A DNA stretch of 39,643 nt, taken from assembly GCA_017987425.1 (NCBI GenBank), contig JAGNTT010000002.1, forward strand, positions 1 through 39,643, given 5' to 3'. This DNA is from Candidatus Omnitrophota bacterium. Lineage in GTDB: Bacteria; Omnitrophota; Gorgyraeia; Zapsychrales; Fredricksoniimonadaceae. Every line of letters begins with the position of its first letter. Positions within the stretch are counted from its first letter, which is position 1. This document shows positions 16,908 to 27,389 of the stretch, in pieces. The translations under genes were made by a program, and so were the position numbers. A model generated the notes under the pieces. It saw nothing but the letters and a program-made list of their open reading frames with translations. It was not told the DNA's origin and ran no database searches.

Positions 16908-18620
16908 TTATTCCCACTCGATCGTAGCGGGCGGCTTGGAACTGATATCGTACACCACACGGTTGACGCCGCGGACTTCATTGATGATACGGTTGGCCAT
17001 TTTGCCCAAAAGTTCATACGGAAGCTGGACCCAGTCGGCGGTCATACCATCGACACTGTTGACGCAGCGGATAGCAACGACGTTCTCATACGTGCGCTGG
17101 TCGCCCATAACACCCACGGTCTTGATCGGCAATAGAACAGCAAAAGACTGCCAGACAGTTGCGTACAGGTTGGCCTTCTTCATTTCATCAAGCACGATTT
17201 CATCAGCTTCGCGAAGCATGATCAAACGCTCTTCGGAAACAGGACCGATAATGCGGATGCCGAGGCCAGGGCCCGGGAAAGGCTGGCGCTTCAAGATGGA
17301 TTCGGGGGCGTTTAAAACCTTACCGATCATGCGCACTTCGTCTTTGAACAATTCACGAAACGGCTCGACCAGTTTGAATTTCATGTTCTTGGGAAGCCCG
17401 CCGACGTTGTGATGGCTTTTAATGACTGCGGACGGTCCGCCCGTCGGAGAGATAGATTCGATGACATCCGGATAAAGAGTTCCCTGTGCGAGGAATTCAA
17501 CGCCCTTAAGTTTCTTGGATGCCTCCTGAAAGACATTCACAAATTCATCGCCGATGATTTTGCGTTTTTCTTCCGGATCTTCGACGCCTTCGAGACGCTT
17601 GATAAAACGTTTCTGCGCGTCCACCACCATCAGGTTCATATTGAAATGACCTTTAAATGTTCGCTGTACTGATGAGACTTCGTTTTTTCGCAAAAGTCCG
17701 TTATCAACGAAAATACAATGCAGACGGCTGCCGATCGCCTTCTGAATGAGAATGGCGGCCACGGATGAATCCACCCCGCCGCTCAAACCGAGAACAACTT
17801 TTTTGTTGCCGACAGTCTCGTTGATCTCACGGATTGCCGCATCGATAAATTTATCCATCGTCCAGCGAGGCAAACAGCCGCAGATCTGGATGACAAAATT
17901 CTGCAGAATATTGAGGCCTCTCTGAGTGTGAACGACCTCGGGGTGGAATTGAACACCATAAATATTTTTTGAACGATTACCCACAGCCGCGATCGGGGCG
18001 TTGAGAGTGTGCGCTAAAACGGTAAACCCCGGCGGCGCTTTCTGAATTTCATCGCCGTGACTCATCCAGCAGGTCAAATTCGTCGGCAGATTCGCAAACA
18101 AGTCTCGATTGCTGTCGACGAATAATTCCGCGCGACCATATTCACGATCCTTGGCCTTGCCGACCTTTCCACCGAATACATGAGTAATGATCTGCATGCC
18201 GTAACATACACCCAAGATGGGAAGGCCCAATTTGAAAATTTCCTTGTCTGGCATGGGGGCATTCTTATCATAAACGCTCATCGGTCCGCCGGAGAGAATA
18301 ATCCCCTTGGGATTCATTTCCTTAATGACATCCATCGAAACGTTGAAAGGAACGATTTTTGAGAATACCTTGGATTCTCGGATACGGCGGGCGATCAGCT
18401 GTGTGAACTGGGAACCGAAATCAAGAATGACGATAGTTTCGCGTGAACGCTGCTTCTTGATTTTCATAGTCAAAAGTGCGGATTTTTTGTGCATCTTCAA
18501 TTTCAGCTCTTTCGGCTTGCGGGGCTTCGCCCTCATAAACCGATTGGCGTTGCTGCGACGCGGAGGCTTGCCTTTGCCGACCAAAGTTTTCACACCTGAT
18601 TTGCTTGCACCATTGACCAT
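16908..18620 (-). CDS. guaA: GMP synthase (glutamine-hydrolysing), with a possible basic N-terminal extension
   Basis: GATase motif GVCYGMQ, ATP-PPase motif SGGVDSS, and a C-terminal dimerisation domain ending IEWE. The conserved core starts near [13 protein letters not shown]. The start is uncertain: 18620 has an AAGGTG RBS, and 18494 and 18470 are alternatives. Confidence 0.9.
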   Translation of the reverse strand: MVNGASKSGVKTLVGKGKPPRRSNANRFMRAKPRKPKELKLKMHKKSALLTMKIKKQRSRETIVILDFGSQFTQLIARRIRESKVFSKIVPFNVSMDVIKEMNPKGIILSGGPMSVYDKNAPMPDKEIFKLGLPILGVCYGMQIITHVFGGKVGKAKDREYGRAELFVDSNRDLFANLPTNLTCWMSHGDEIQKAPPGFTVLAHTLNAPIAAVGNRSKNIYGVQFHPEVVHTQRGLNILQNFVIQICGCLPRWTMDKFIDAAIREINETVGNKKVVLGLSGGVDSSVAAILIQKAIGSRLHCIFVDNGLLRKNEVSSVQRTFKGHFNMNLMVVDAQKRFIKRLEGVEDPEEKRKIIGDEFVNVFQEASKKLKGVEFLAQGTLYPDVIESISPTGGPSAVIKSHHNVGGLPKNMKFKLVEPFRELFKDEVRMIGKVLNAPESILKRQPFPGPGLGIRIIGPVSEERLIMLREADEIVLDEMKKANLYATVWQSFAVLLPIKTVGVMGDQRTYENVVAIRCVNSVDGMTADWVQLPYELLGKMANRIINEVRGVNRVVYDISSKPPATIEWE

Positions 18621-18678
18621 TGTCTATTCACCTTACCCTTGACTTACTCTTAAACTGCGAGGTTTAAAGTTTACTGCG

Positions 18679-19839
18679 TTATTTACCCATACCGACACGC
18701 TGTCCGACCTGGAAAACCTTGCCTTCCGTCTGGAAAGATCCAGCCAGAATGATTTCAACATCCTGCATTTCAGCGATATTGCGGGCCCCCAACGATCCCA
18801 TGGATGTTTTTAATGCTCCCAACAAATTCTGTGAACCATCATCGACCTTAGCGGGCCCTACAAGAATTTCTTTTAATGTGCCGCTAGTCCCTACTTTGAT
18901 GCGTGTTCCGCGCGGAAGATTGGCATGTGATGTAGCCATTCCCCAATGATAACCGTGGCCGGGAGCTTCTTCGGCTTTGGCGAACGCAGAACCAACCATG
19001 ACAGCGTCGGCGCCAGCGGCAAAGGCTTTACAAATTTCTCCACCGATGCGCATTCCTCCATCTGTAATAATTGAAACATATTTACCTTTTCTCTTGAAGA
19101 AATAGTCGCGTGCAGCGGCCGTATCAACCGTTGTGGTGATCTGCGGAACACCTACCCCTAAAACACCTCGGGTCGTACAGGCGGCACCCGGTCCAATACC
19201 GACCAACAAACCGTCGGCACCGATCTCCATCAGCTCCAAGGCTACATCATATGTGACGCTATTGCCGATGATGATGGGAATTTTGGAAGCCTTGCAAAAT
19301 CTCTCAAGATCAAGAATTTTATACTCTGTTGAAATGTGACGCGTGGTTGCAACCGTCGACTGAACGATGAAAATATCGCATCCGGCTTTCTGGGCGATCT
19401 TGTGAAAACGATCGGCATTTTGAGGAATACAACTGACAATGGCCGGAACTTTATGTTTTTTGATTTCGCTGACGCGCTTTTCGATTAATTTTTCTTTAAC
19501 CGGGTTTAAATAAACGCTTTGGACAAGCTTGGTTGCCTCGTCAGGAGTCGCCTGAGCGATCTTGTCGAGGACCTCGGAAGGATTATCATATCTGGTCTGG
19601 ATGCCGTCGAGGTTAAGCACCGCGATGCCGCCTAATTTACCCATGGCAACGGCGAACTTGACGTCGACCACACCGTCCATTGCAGCGGCTAGAATCGGAA
19701 CGGAAAACTTCAGTTTCCCGATCTCAAAAGTCGTATCCACCTCATTGGGATTAATCGTCACATTACCAGGCACAAGCGCGACTTCATCGAAACCGTAACA
19801 TCGTCTTGCCCTGCGACCAATTCCAATCCAATCTGCCAT
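18679..19839 (-). CDS. IMP dehydrogenase-family protein lacking the CBS/Bateman insert (GuaB3-like)
   Basis: 386 aa TIM-barrel IMPDH/GMPR family protein. The catalytic-loop-like GIGPGAACTTR retains the Cys, and there is no CBS pair. It lies directly upstream of guaA. Confidence 0.8.
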   Translation of the reverse strand: MADWIGIGRRARRCYGFDEVALVPGNVTINPNEVDTTFEIGKLKFSVPILAAAMDGVVDVKFAVAMGKLGGIAVLNLDGIQTRYDNPSEVLDKIAQATPDEATKLVQSVYLNPVKEKLIEKRVSEIKKHKVPAIVSCIPQNADRFHKIAQKAGCDIFIVQSTVATTRHISTEYKILDLERFCKASKIPIIIGNSVTYDVALELMEIGADGLLVGIGPGAACTTRGVLGVGVPQITTTVDTAAARDYFFKRKGKYVSIITDGGMRIGGEICKAFAAGADAVMVGSAFAKAEEAPGHGYHWGMATSHANLPRGTRIKVGTSGTLKEILVGPAKVDDGSQNLLGALKTSMGSLGARNIAEMQDVEIILAGSFQTEGKVFQVGQRVGMGK

Positions 19840-19942
19840 ATAAAACTACCTCCGACTTCGTTAGAAATTATATAAAGTATTAGTATTAAATTGGTTATGA
19901 ATCATAGTTCCTGAAGGGATTATTGAGGATATTTAGGCTATT

Positions 19943-19970
19943 ACTATAGGGATTTTTCCCGAAATGTCAA
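19943..19970 (-). promoter_or_regulatory. Sigma70-type promoter for the guaB-like/guaA unit
   Basis: On the minus strand: TTGACA (19970-19965), 16-nt spacer, TATAGT (19948-19943). It lies just downstream of the groEL terminator. Confidence 0.5.
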
Positions 19971-19974
19971 TAAC

Positions 19975-20010
19975 TAAAAAACGGGCGGAAATCAAATTTC
20001 CACCCGTTTT
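19975..20010 (-). terminator. Rho-independent terminator of groES-groEL
   Basis: Minus strand: acgggtggaaat-ttg-atttccgcccgt, followed by tttttt. This is a 12-bp stem with one G:U pair. Confidence 0.75.
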
Positions 20011-20011
20011 A

Positions 20012-20081
20012 GGGGTCAGCGATCGGTGGTCAGTGGTCAGCCCTGAACCGGACTGATCACTGACCACTGAACCCTGATCAC
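20012..20081. repeat. Heptamer-based intergenic hairpin element, copy C
   Basis: GGTGGTCAGTGGTCAG (20025-20040), a 12-nt loop, then CTGATCACTGACCACT (20053-20068); 14 of 16 positions are complementary. Further GGTCAGC-type and CTGATCA-type heptamers flank it. It sits between the groEL stop and the canonical terminator. Confidence 0.5.
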
Positions 20082-20084
20082 TTT

Positions 20085-21746
<1,662 letters not shown>

Positions 21747-21794
21747 TTATGAAAACATGACAAAAAATAATCACGTACGATGCCGATGTGATTT

Positions 21795-22085
21795 TTATTT
21801 TACGATCGCAAGAACGTCTTCTTCCTTCATAATGAGGTAATCCTTGCCGTCCTTGGTCTTGATTTCGTTGCCGCTGTATTTTCCGTAAAGTACGCGGTCG
21901 CCGACTTTGAGTTCGAGCGCCTGAACCTGTCCGTTGTCCAAAACTTTGCCGCGGCCGACAGCCACAATTTTACCTTCGTGCGGCTTTTCCTTGGCTGTTT
22001 CTGTAAGGATGATCCCACCCTTCGTTACTTCTTCAGCCTCCAAAGGCTGTACAACGATTCTGTCCCCTAATGGCTTAATGTCCAT
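21795..22085 (-). CDS. groS: Co-chaperonin GroES
   Basis: 96 aa ([27 protein letters not shown]...), immediately upstream of groEL. Confidence 0.95.
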   Translation of the reverse strand: MDIKPLGDRIVVQPLEAEEVTKGGIILTETAKEKPHEGKIVAVGRGKVLDNGQVQALELKVGDRVLYGKYSGNEIKTKDGKDYLIMKEEDVLAIVK

Positions 22086-22145
22086 ACAACTTACCTCCTT
22101 GCTGAATAAACGGTTGAACCTTGACGTATTAATGAATTGCTGTTG

Positions 22146-22172
22146 TTAGCACTAACAAATCCGGAGTGCTAA
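22146..22172. promoter_or_regulatory. CIRCE operator (HrcA binding site)
   Basis: TTAGCACTA-N9-GAGTGCTAA, compared with the consensus TTAGCACTC-N9-GAGTGCTAA. It lies in the groES 5' region next to the -10 box. Confidence 0.85.
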
Positions 22173-22200
22173 ATATAAAAAAAATCCGTGACCTTGTCAA
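22172..22200 (-). promoter_or_regulatory. Sigma70-type promoter of groES-groEL
   Basis: On the minus strand: TTGACA (22200-22195), 17-nt spacer, TATATT (22177-22172). It abuts CIRCE. Confidence 0.6.
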
Positions 22201-22240
22201 GATTTTTTAACAATCGGTTTTTTGCGGGCGAGCGAAATAC

Positions 22241-23008
22241 TCAAACAGCGGACTTTGAATTTAAGAGAAGATCGAGGCCTTTAAAGACCAACTCCTCGTC
22301 GACAACGCGGATGTCGCGGTTAATGAATTTTTTCATCAATTGGGTGTGCCCACCGGTCATAACCACCTTAGGCTTGCCCTTGATCTGTTTGGCAATAAGG
22401 TCAATAAAACCACGGCACAACGAACCGTAACCGTAAAAGAGCCCGCTTAAAATACTTTCCTGGGTTGTGCGGCCTATGACAGAATTCGGCGCCTTGATGT
22501 CAATCTGAGGCAAAAGCGCGGTTTTCAAAAACAATGACTCGGCAGACAAACGTATGCCCGGAACAATGGCCCCGCCCAAATATTCTCCTTTTTGGGAGAC
22601 CGCATCAAAGGTAATCGCCGTTCCAAGATCAATGATGATCGTCGGTTTTCCATATAAGGTCATCGCCGCGTATGCACCGACCAGACGGTCTTGGCCCACC
22701 TGTCGGGGATTCTTATACTTGTTATTCATAGGAACCTTGATGTCCTCACCAATAACGAGGGCCCTGATTCCAAGTTCCGCCTTAATTTCACTCTTGACGA
22801 TACTGACAGCGGCCGGAACTACACTACAGATGACAGCCTTTTGGAATACCCCATATCGACGTTTAAAACCACGCAACACTCCCGTAAGCTGCAGCCTCAA
22901 AGAATCTTTCTTAGCGAGTGTTTCTATTTTTTTAACGATAAGCACTTTATTTCTTTTGATAACAGCAAAAGCAATGGTGGTGTTCCCTATATCGACTGCT
23001 AGATGCAT
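22241..23008 (-). CDS. coaX: Type III pantothenate kinase
   Basis: 255 aa with N-terminal LAVDIGNTTI and a C-terminal VMTGGH motif typical of CoaX. Confidence 0.85.
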   Translation of the reverse strand: MHLAVDIGNTTIAFAVIKRNKVLIVKKIETLAKKDSLRLQLTGVLRGFKRRYGVFQKAVICSVVPAAVSIVKSEIKAELGIRALVIGEDIKVPMNNKYKNPRQVGQDRLVGAYAAMTLYGKPTIIIDLGTAITFDAVSQKGEYLGGAIVPGIRLSAESLFLKTALLPQIDIKAPNSVIGRTTQESILSGLFYGYGSLCRGFIDLIAKQIKGKPKVVMTGGHTQLMKKFINRDIRVVDEELVFKGLDLLLNSKSAV

Positions 23009-23019
23009 AATTTCCCCTA

Positions 23020-25047
23020 TTAAAATCGGCGGCTGGACTTCTTGGTTTTTGTTTTCACCGTCGGAGCCAACGGTTCCGTCCCGTAAGGAACCTTGAGCTC
23101 AGTGATCTTATCCCGTATCTTGGCGGCCTTCTCAAACTCAAGATTACGCGCCGCAGCCTCCATCTGGCGTTCCAACTCGGCGATCATTCCGGTGAACGCG
23201 TATTGTTCATCGTCCTGCCCCGTTACTGAAATAGTCAATTCTTCCGCCTCGGCAAACTGGTCAATGCCTTCCTGAATTGCTTTCTTGATGGACGCCGGCG
23301 TGATTCCGTGTTTCTTGTTAAATTCAATCTGAATTTTCCGGCGGCGCTCGCACTCCTGAATCGTAAATTTCATCGCCTGACTAACAGTGTCGGCATACAT
23401 GATGACTATACCATTAACGTTACGCGCGGCGCGACCGGAAGTCTGAATTAATGATGTCTGTGAACGCAAAAAGCCCTGTTTGTCGGCATCCAGAATAGCG
23501 ACGAGCGTCACCTCCGGAAGATCCAGCCCTTCGCGCAAAAGGTTAACGCCGACAAGGCAGTCAAACTTCTTCATGCGCAAGTCCTGCAGAATTTTCGAAC
23601 GGTCGATCGTTTCAATATCGGAATGAAGATATTTAACTTTGATCCCGGCCTCCTGCAGATAGGCCGTCAGATCTTCAGACATGCGCTTGGTAAGCGTGGT
23701 GACGAGAACTCTCTCATCTTTCTCGGCGCGCTTGCGCACCTCTTTCAAAAGATCATCCACCTGGCCCGCAGTCGGCCGAACTTCGATGGGCGGATCGACA
23801 ATTCCCGTCGGACGGATGATCTGCTCGACAATATGGTCGCGTGATTCTTTGACTTCATAAGGCGCCGGCGTTGCCGAAACATAAATTGTCTGGCCGATCA
23901 CTTCCTTAAGTTCATGAAATTTTAACGGCCGATTATCCAGACAAGACGGCAGACGAAATCCATGCTCAACCAGCATCTGCTTTCGCGAACGGTCCCCTTC
24001 ATACATGCCGTTTAACTGCGGAACGGTCACATGGGATTCATCAATGACCGTCAAAAAATCTTTGGGGAAATAATCAATAAGGCAGGACGGACGCGCGCCC
24101 GGCGGACGGCCGGAAAGAACGCGCGAATAGTTCTCAATACCTTTACAGCGCCCCATCTCCTTCATCATTTCCATATCGTACTTGGTGCGGGATTGCAAAC
24201 GCTGGGCCTCCACTAATTTTCCCTGCGAGGTCAGCTGTGCGACGCGCTCTTTCATTTCCGCGCTGATTTCCTCCAATGCCTTCTCCAGCTTCGGGGGAGA
24301 AACAATAAAATGCTTGGCCGGATAGATTGCCACTTTTTCAAGCTCAGCGATCCTTTCACCGGATACCGCATTTATCTGCGAAATGCGTTCGATCTCATCG
24401 CCGAAAAATTCGATGCGAAGCGCATCCATCCGGTAAGCCGGAAAAACCTCAAGAATATCGCCGCGCACGCGCATCTTGCCGCGGGTAAATTCATAGTCAT
24501 TGCGTTCGTACTGAATGTTGATCAAACTCGCCAGCACCGCATCGCGGTCGATGGTCTGTCCCTTTTTCAGATAGACGAGATATTCCTTATAATCGTCAGG
24601 CGAACCGAGGTTATAAATACACGAAACGCTCGCCACAATAATGGCATCCCGTCTGGACATGAGCGAAGTTGTCGACGCCAGACGCAAACGATCCAACCGG
24701 TCATTGATTGAGGAATCTTTTTCGATGTAAACGTCCGTCTGAGGAATGTAAGCTTCCGGCTGATAATAATCGTAGTAGCTGACGAAATACTCGACGGCAT
24801 TGTTGGGGAAAAAACTTTTAAACTCGCTGTAAAGCTGGGCAGCCAGCGTTTTGTTATGCGAGATGACGAGCGTCGGACGGTTGATGCGGGCGATCATGTT
24901 GGCAAGAGTGAATGTCTTGCCGCTTCCTGTGACTCCCAAAAGAACCTGGGCCTGCGCACCGGTCTCGACACCCTTGACAAGGGCGTCCACCGACCTGTTC
25001 TGCTCATCGACCGTTTTGAACGGACTATGGAGGATGAATTTATCCAT
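23020..25047 (-). CDS. uvrB: Excinuclease ABC subunit B
   Basis: 675 aa with Walker A GVTGSGKT, helicase motifs and a C-terminal UVR domain (LEFEKAAKIRDKI). Confidence 0.95.
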   Translation of the reverse strand: MDKFILHSPFKTVDEQNRSVDALVKGVETGAQAQVLLGVTGSGKTFTLANMIARINRPTLVISHNKTLAAQLYSEFKSFFPNNAVEYFVSYYDYYQPEAYIPQTDVYIEKDSSINDRLDRLRLASTTSLMSRRDAIIVASVSCIYNLGSPDDYKEYLVYLKKGQTIDRDAVLASLINIQYERNDYEFTRGKMRVRGDILEVFPAYRMDALRIEFFGDEIERISQINAVSGERIAELEKVAIYPAKHFIVSPPKLEKALEEISAEMKERVAQLTSQGKLVEAQRLQSRTKYDMEMMKEMGRCKGIENYSRVLSGRPPGARPSCLIDYFPKDFLTVIDESHVTVPQLNGMYEGDRSRKQMLVEHGFRLPSCLDNRPLKFHELKEVIGQTIYVSATPAPYEVKESRDHIVEQIIRPTGIVDPPIEVRPTAGQVDDLLKEVRKRAEKDERVLVTTLTKRMSEDLTAYLQEAGIKVKYLHSDIETIDRSKILQDLRMKKFDCLVGVNLLREGLDLPEVTLVAILDADKQGFLRSQTSLIQTSGRAARNVNGIVIMYADTVSQAMKFTIQECERRRKIQIEFNKKHGITPASIKKAIQEGIDQFAEAEELTISVTGQDDEQYAFTGMIAELERQMEAAARNLEFEKAAKIRDKITELKVPYGTEPLAPTVKTKTKKSSRRF

Positions 25048-25061
25048 CGGCAGGAGAAAAC

Positions 25062-25538
25062 TTATTTCTTAAGCAGAATTTTCTGCTCAATGCGGTCTAA
25101 AAGATTCTTGACCAGCCGTTCATTTTTGTAGGAACGCATTTTCCAGAGATGAAAATCGCGGACCCGGCCGTAGCGGACATCCACCTCAACCCCGTCAAAA
25201 ATGCGGTTGACGTAAACATTCAAATGGGTCGAGGTCGAATATACAAAACGCTGGGATTTTTTGATCTTCGTAAAAAGCAGGATGTGACCTTCTTCGCCTT
25301 CGGCATAAAGCGGATTGCGTTCATACTGGGTCGGATCTACTTCCTTGACGATTTCCCAACCTTCTTCATTCATGGTCGATCGCACCACATCGAGAATATC
25401 GGCATATTCTCCGTAATAGGTGCGCTTGTACGGCTGGTCGCCCTGGATGTAATGCGGCGGATTGACTCCCGCGCATCCTGCCAAAGCGATGAGACAACCG
25501 AAGAAAAATATTTTCGTAGTCTGAAAGACATTCATCAT
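25062..25538 (-). CDS. Lipoprotein of unknown function
   Basis: I prefer the start at MMNVFQTTKIFFFGCLIALAG/CAG (signal peptide plus lipobox). The 216-aa track ORF would overlap the upstream mazG-like gene. I recognise no family. Confidence 0.6.
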   Translation of the reverse strand: MMNVFQTTKIFFFGCLIALAGCAGVNPPHYIQGDQPYKRTYYGEYADILDVVRSTMNEEGWEIVKEVDPTQYERNPLYAEGEEGHILLFTKIKKSQRFVYSTSTHLNVYVNRIFDGVEVDVRYGRVRDFHLWKMRSYKNERLVKNLLDRIEQKILLKK

Positions 25539-25563
25539 AAAAGTAGCCCTGAATAAAAGCCGG

Positions 25564-25896
25564 TTAACAGATTTTACCGTGCTTGTACGGACGGGTTTTA
25601 TTTTTTTCGGATTTCTTGGAAATCTCCGCCTGGATGTCGATGCCCAATCCTCCGCACAGATCAAAAAGACGGATAAACGCGTCGGCAATTTCTTCACGGA
25701 AGTTGGCATCATCCTTATGTCGATATCCTTCCATGGCCTCCGCGAGCTCAGTGACCACGAGCATCAATGCTTCACCGACGTTTCTTTTCTCGTCCCAAAA
25801 ACCTTTTTCTTTGGCGATGGCATGGCATTGCGCGGTCAGCTCACGTATCGTTTGGTCACTCATTTCGACTCCATTCTCTGTTGGGTGATTAGTCAT
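25564..25896 (-). CDS. MazG-like all-alpha nucleoside triphosphate pyrophosphohydrolase
   Basis: 110 aa with EXXE-type metal motifs (TELAEAMEGY, REEIADAFIRL). An AAGGAG RBS overlaps the stop of the upstream rluA-like gene. Confidence 0.65.
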   Translation of the reverse strand: MTNHPTENGVEMSDQTIRELTAQCHAIAKEKGFWDEKRNVGEALMLVVTELAEAMEGYRHKDDANFREEIADAFIRLFDLCGGLGIDIQAEISKKSEKNKTRPYKHGKIC

Positions 25897-25905
25897 TACT
25901 TCTCC

Positions 25906-26610
25906 TTAATTTTTGGTCAGAAATCTTGCCATGTCGTCCGCAAGCGGCGCGACGGCGGATACATCTTTCTTGATGAGAGGATGATACCACTGCAGCTGGC
26001 GCGCGTGCAAGGCCGTCCGTTTAAATCTCAATTCGAAATCTCTGCGGAACGCATATTTATCTTCCCCCACCAGCGGATGCTTGAGCTGGGCAAAATGAAT
26101 ACGGATCTGATTAGTCCGCCCCGTCAGCGGCATGACATCCATCACGCTGTAGGTCTTTCGGACTTCCAGGACTTTGTAACGCGTCACACCGGGTTTTCCG
26201 CTCGAATTACCGGCGAATTTCTTCTGATAGAAATCTTTCACAAGCCCGCGGATTTCCCCTTCACGCTTGTCTAAATGCCCATGAACAAATGCCGTGTAAA
26301 ATTTTTTAACCTTCTTTTCGTTGAACACATCCATGAAGATCTTTTGATTTCTTTTACCCTTGGCATAAAGGATCACGCCGGAAGTGTCTTTATCAAGTCT
26401 GTGGCATGGATGCAAATGGAATTGGTCCGGATTGTCTTTAGAATGGGTCTGTTGCGCGAGGAATTGTTCATTCACGATATCAGTCAGCGTCGTCGTATGT
26501 TTATCATCGGCAGGAACAACCAGAAGGCCAGGCGGTTTGTCAAAGGCAACGCATACCTGGTCTTCGTAAAGTATTGGGATTTGGAGGTGCCCGCCGTGGT
26601 TTCCGGGCAT
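25906..26610 (-). CDS. RluA-family pseudouridine synthase
   Basis: Catalytic HRLDKDTSGVILYAK motif. I prefer ATG 26610 (AAGGTG RBS 9 nt upstream) over the GTG at 26622 used in the track. Confidence 0.85.
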   Translation of the reverse strand: MPGNHGGHLQIPILYEDQVCVAFDKPPGLLVVPADDKHTTTLTDIVNEQFLAQQTHSKDNPDQFHLHPCHRLDKDTSGVILYAKGKRNQKIFMDVFNEKKVKKFYTAFVHGHLDKREGEIRGLVKDFYQKKFAGNSSGKPGVTRYKVLEVRKTYSVMDVMPLTGRTNQIRIHFAQLKHPLVGEDKYAFRRDFELRFKRTALHARQLQWYHPLIKKDVSAVAPLADDMARFLTKN

Positions 26611-26625
26611 AATGCTTCGCACCTT

Positions 26626-26793
26626 TTAATTTTGAGAATTTTCCTGAGGCCCGTCCAGATGCTCGTGCAGAAGATCCGTCAAATAATTGATCTTGCGCAT
26701 AAGAATGATGGGGAAAACAATCATCCAGATCTGAAATGCCAGGGCCAGGATGGCCTGAAACGGCGTAACAGTTAAACTGACTGAACTTTCCAT
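26626..26793 (-). CDS. 55-aa single-pass membrane peptide (not in the ORF track)
   Basis: ATG at 26793 has an AAGGAG RBS 5 nt upstream. The product is MESSVSLTVTPFQAILALAFQIWMIVFPIILMRKINYLTDLLHEHLDGPQENSQN, one hydrophobic helix plus an acidic/polar tail. It exactly fills the gap between the PilZ gene and the rluA-like gene. Confidence 0.5.
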   Translation of the reverse strand: MESSVSLTVTPFQAILALAFQIWMIVFPIILMRKINYLTDLLHEHLDGPQENSQN

Positions 26794-26804
26794 AACGCTC
26801 CTTG

Positions 26805-27188
26805 CTACGCTTGGTGTGCCTCGCCGCTATCGAGCATGTGTTCAATAAAGTCTGAAATAGTCTGAATGTCTTTCGGCTGGATATCGTTGAAAAAAATAGC
26901 CGCGTTAAAATAATTATGATCGGGTACGGATTCAGCACGTACCACGACGCCCTGGCAGGAAATCCGCTTGGTCGAGGTACGGCTGTTTTTCTTGATCGGC
27001 AGAAGAAGATGGATCTTAAGTTTGGTCATCGGCTCGATGTACGCATTGACGCGGCAGTACACCCCGGATGAACTTAAGTTGCTCGTCTCTGTCACAATTT
27101 CGATGTCTCCGCTCGATAACTTGAGCGGAACCGTATGTTCGAGACGCGGACTGCGGCGTCTCTCTTGTGAAGATTGACTATATGTCAC
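26805..27188 (-). CDS. PilZ-domain protein (c-di-GMP receptor family)
   Basis: RRRSPR (RxxxR) and NLSSSG (D/NxSxxG) motifs. The GTG start lies 3 nt after the stop of the upstream Zn-ribbon gene. Confidence 0.75.
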   Translation of the reverse strand: MTYSQSSQERRRSPRLEHTVPLKLSSGDIEIVTETSNLSSSGVYCRVNAYIEPMTKLKIHLLLPIKKNSRTSTKRISCQGVVVRAESVPDHNYFNAAIFFNDIQPKDIQTISDFIEHMLDSGEAHQA

Positions 27189-27191
27189 GGA

Positions 27192-27389
27192 TTACCCCTT
27201 GCTTTCAGCGGCGGCAGCTTCAGCAGCTGCTGCTTTTTCCTTTGCCAGCTTGTCCTGGACGGTACGAAAACAGGTGTTGTTGCAGTAATAACCACCGTTG
27301 CGGTAAAACTTACGGGATCTCTTGAGAACTTTTTTGCAGGCGGGACAATTCTTGATTTCCTCGACCACGGGTTTTGTTTCTTCAGCCAT
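27192..27389 (-). CDS. Small CPxC...CxxxC zinc-ribbon protein (TRASH/YacG-like spacing) with an Ala-rich tail
   Basis: 65 aa: MAEETKPVVEEIKNCPACKKVLKRSRKFYRNGGYYCNNTCF...AAAAEAAAAESKG. The ATG at 27389 has an AAGGAGAG RBS and overlaps the upstream PilZ stop (ATGGCTGA). Confidence 0.6.
   Translation of the reverse strand: MAEETKPVVEEIKNCPACKKVLKRSRKFYRNGGYYCNNTCFRTVQDKLAKEKAAAAEAAAAESKG

Noticed and set aside
19840-19942. Purine riboswitch in the roughly 95-nt leader of the guaB-like gene
   Set aside because: The leader is AT-rich and unstructured, with no three-way-junction consensus (no conserved UAUA…CCGUAAAUG-like elements).
25062-25712. Long N-terminal versions of several track ORFs: 25062-25712, 30448-31437, 27994-28698, 29022-29648, 36735-37511, 12969-13280, 27192-27413
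   Set aside because: The extensions overlap the upstream gene or lack an RBS. Internal ATGs with strong SD sequences, and/or signal peptides beginning at those ATGs, fit better, so the starts were moved.
25579-26274. 231-aa + strand ORF, and similar long + strand ORFs at 5481-6029, 14577-15320, 22554-23096 and 31315-31842
   Set aside because: Each is antisense to a confidently identified minus-strand gene (mazG-like/rluA-like, mrdA, dnaE, coaX, mreC), and none has a recognisable motif.
26540-26938. 132-aa minus-strand ORF from the track
   Set aside because: It overlaps both the rluA-like gene and the PilZ gene out of frame. The space between them is better explained by the RBS-preceded 55-codon ORF at 26626-26793.
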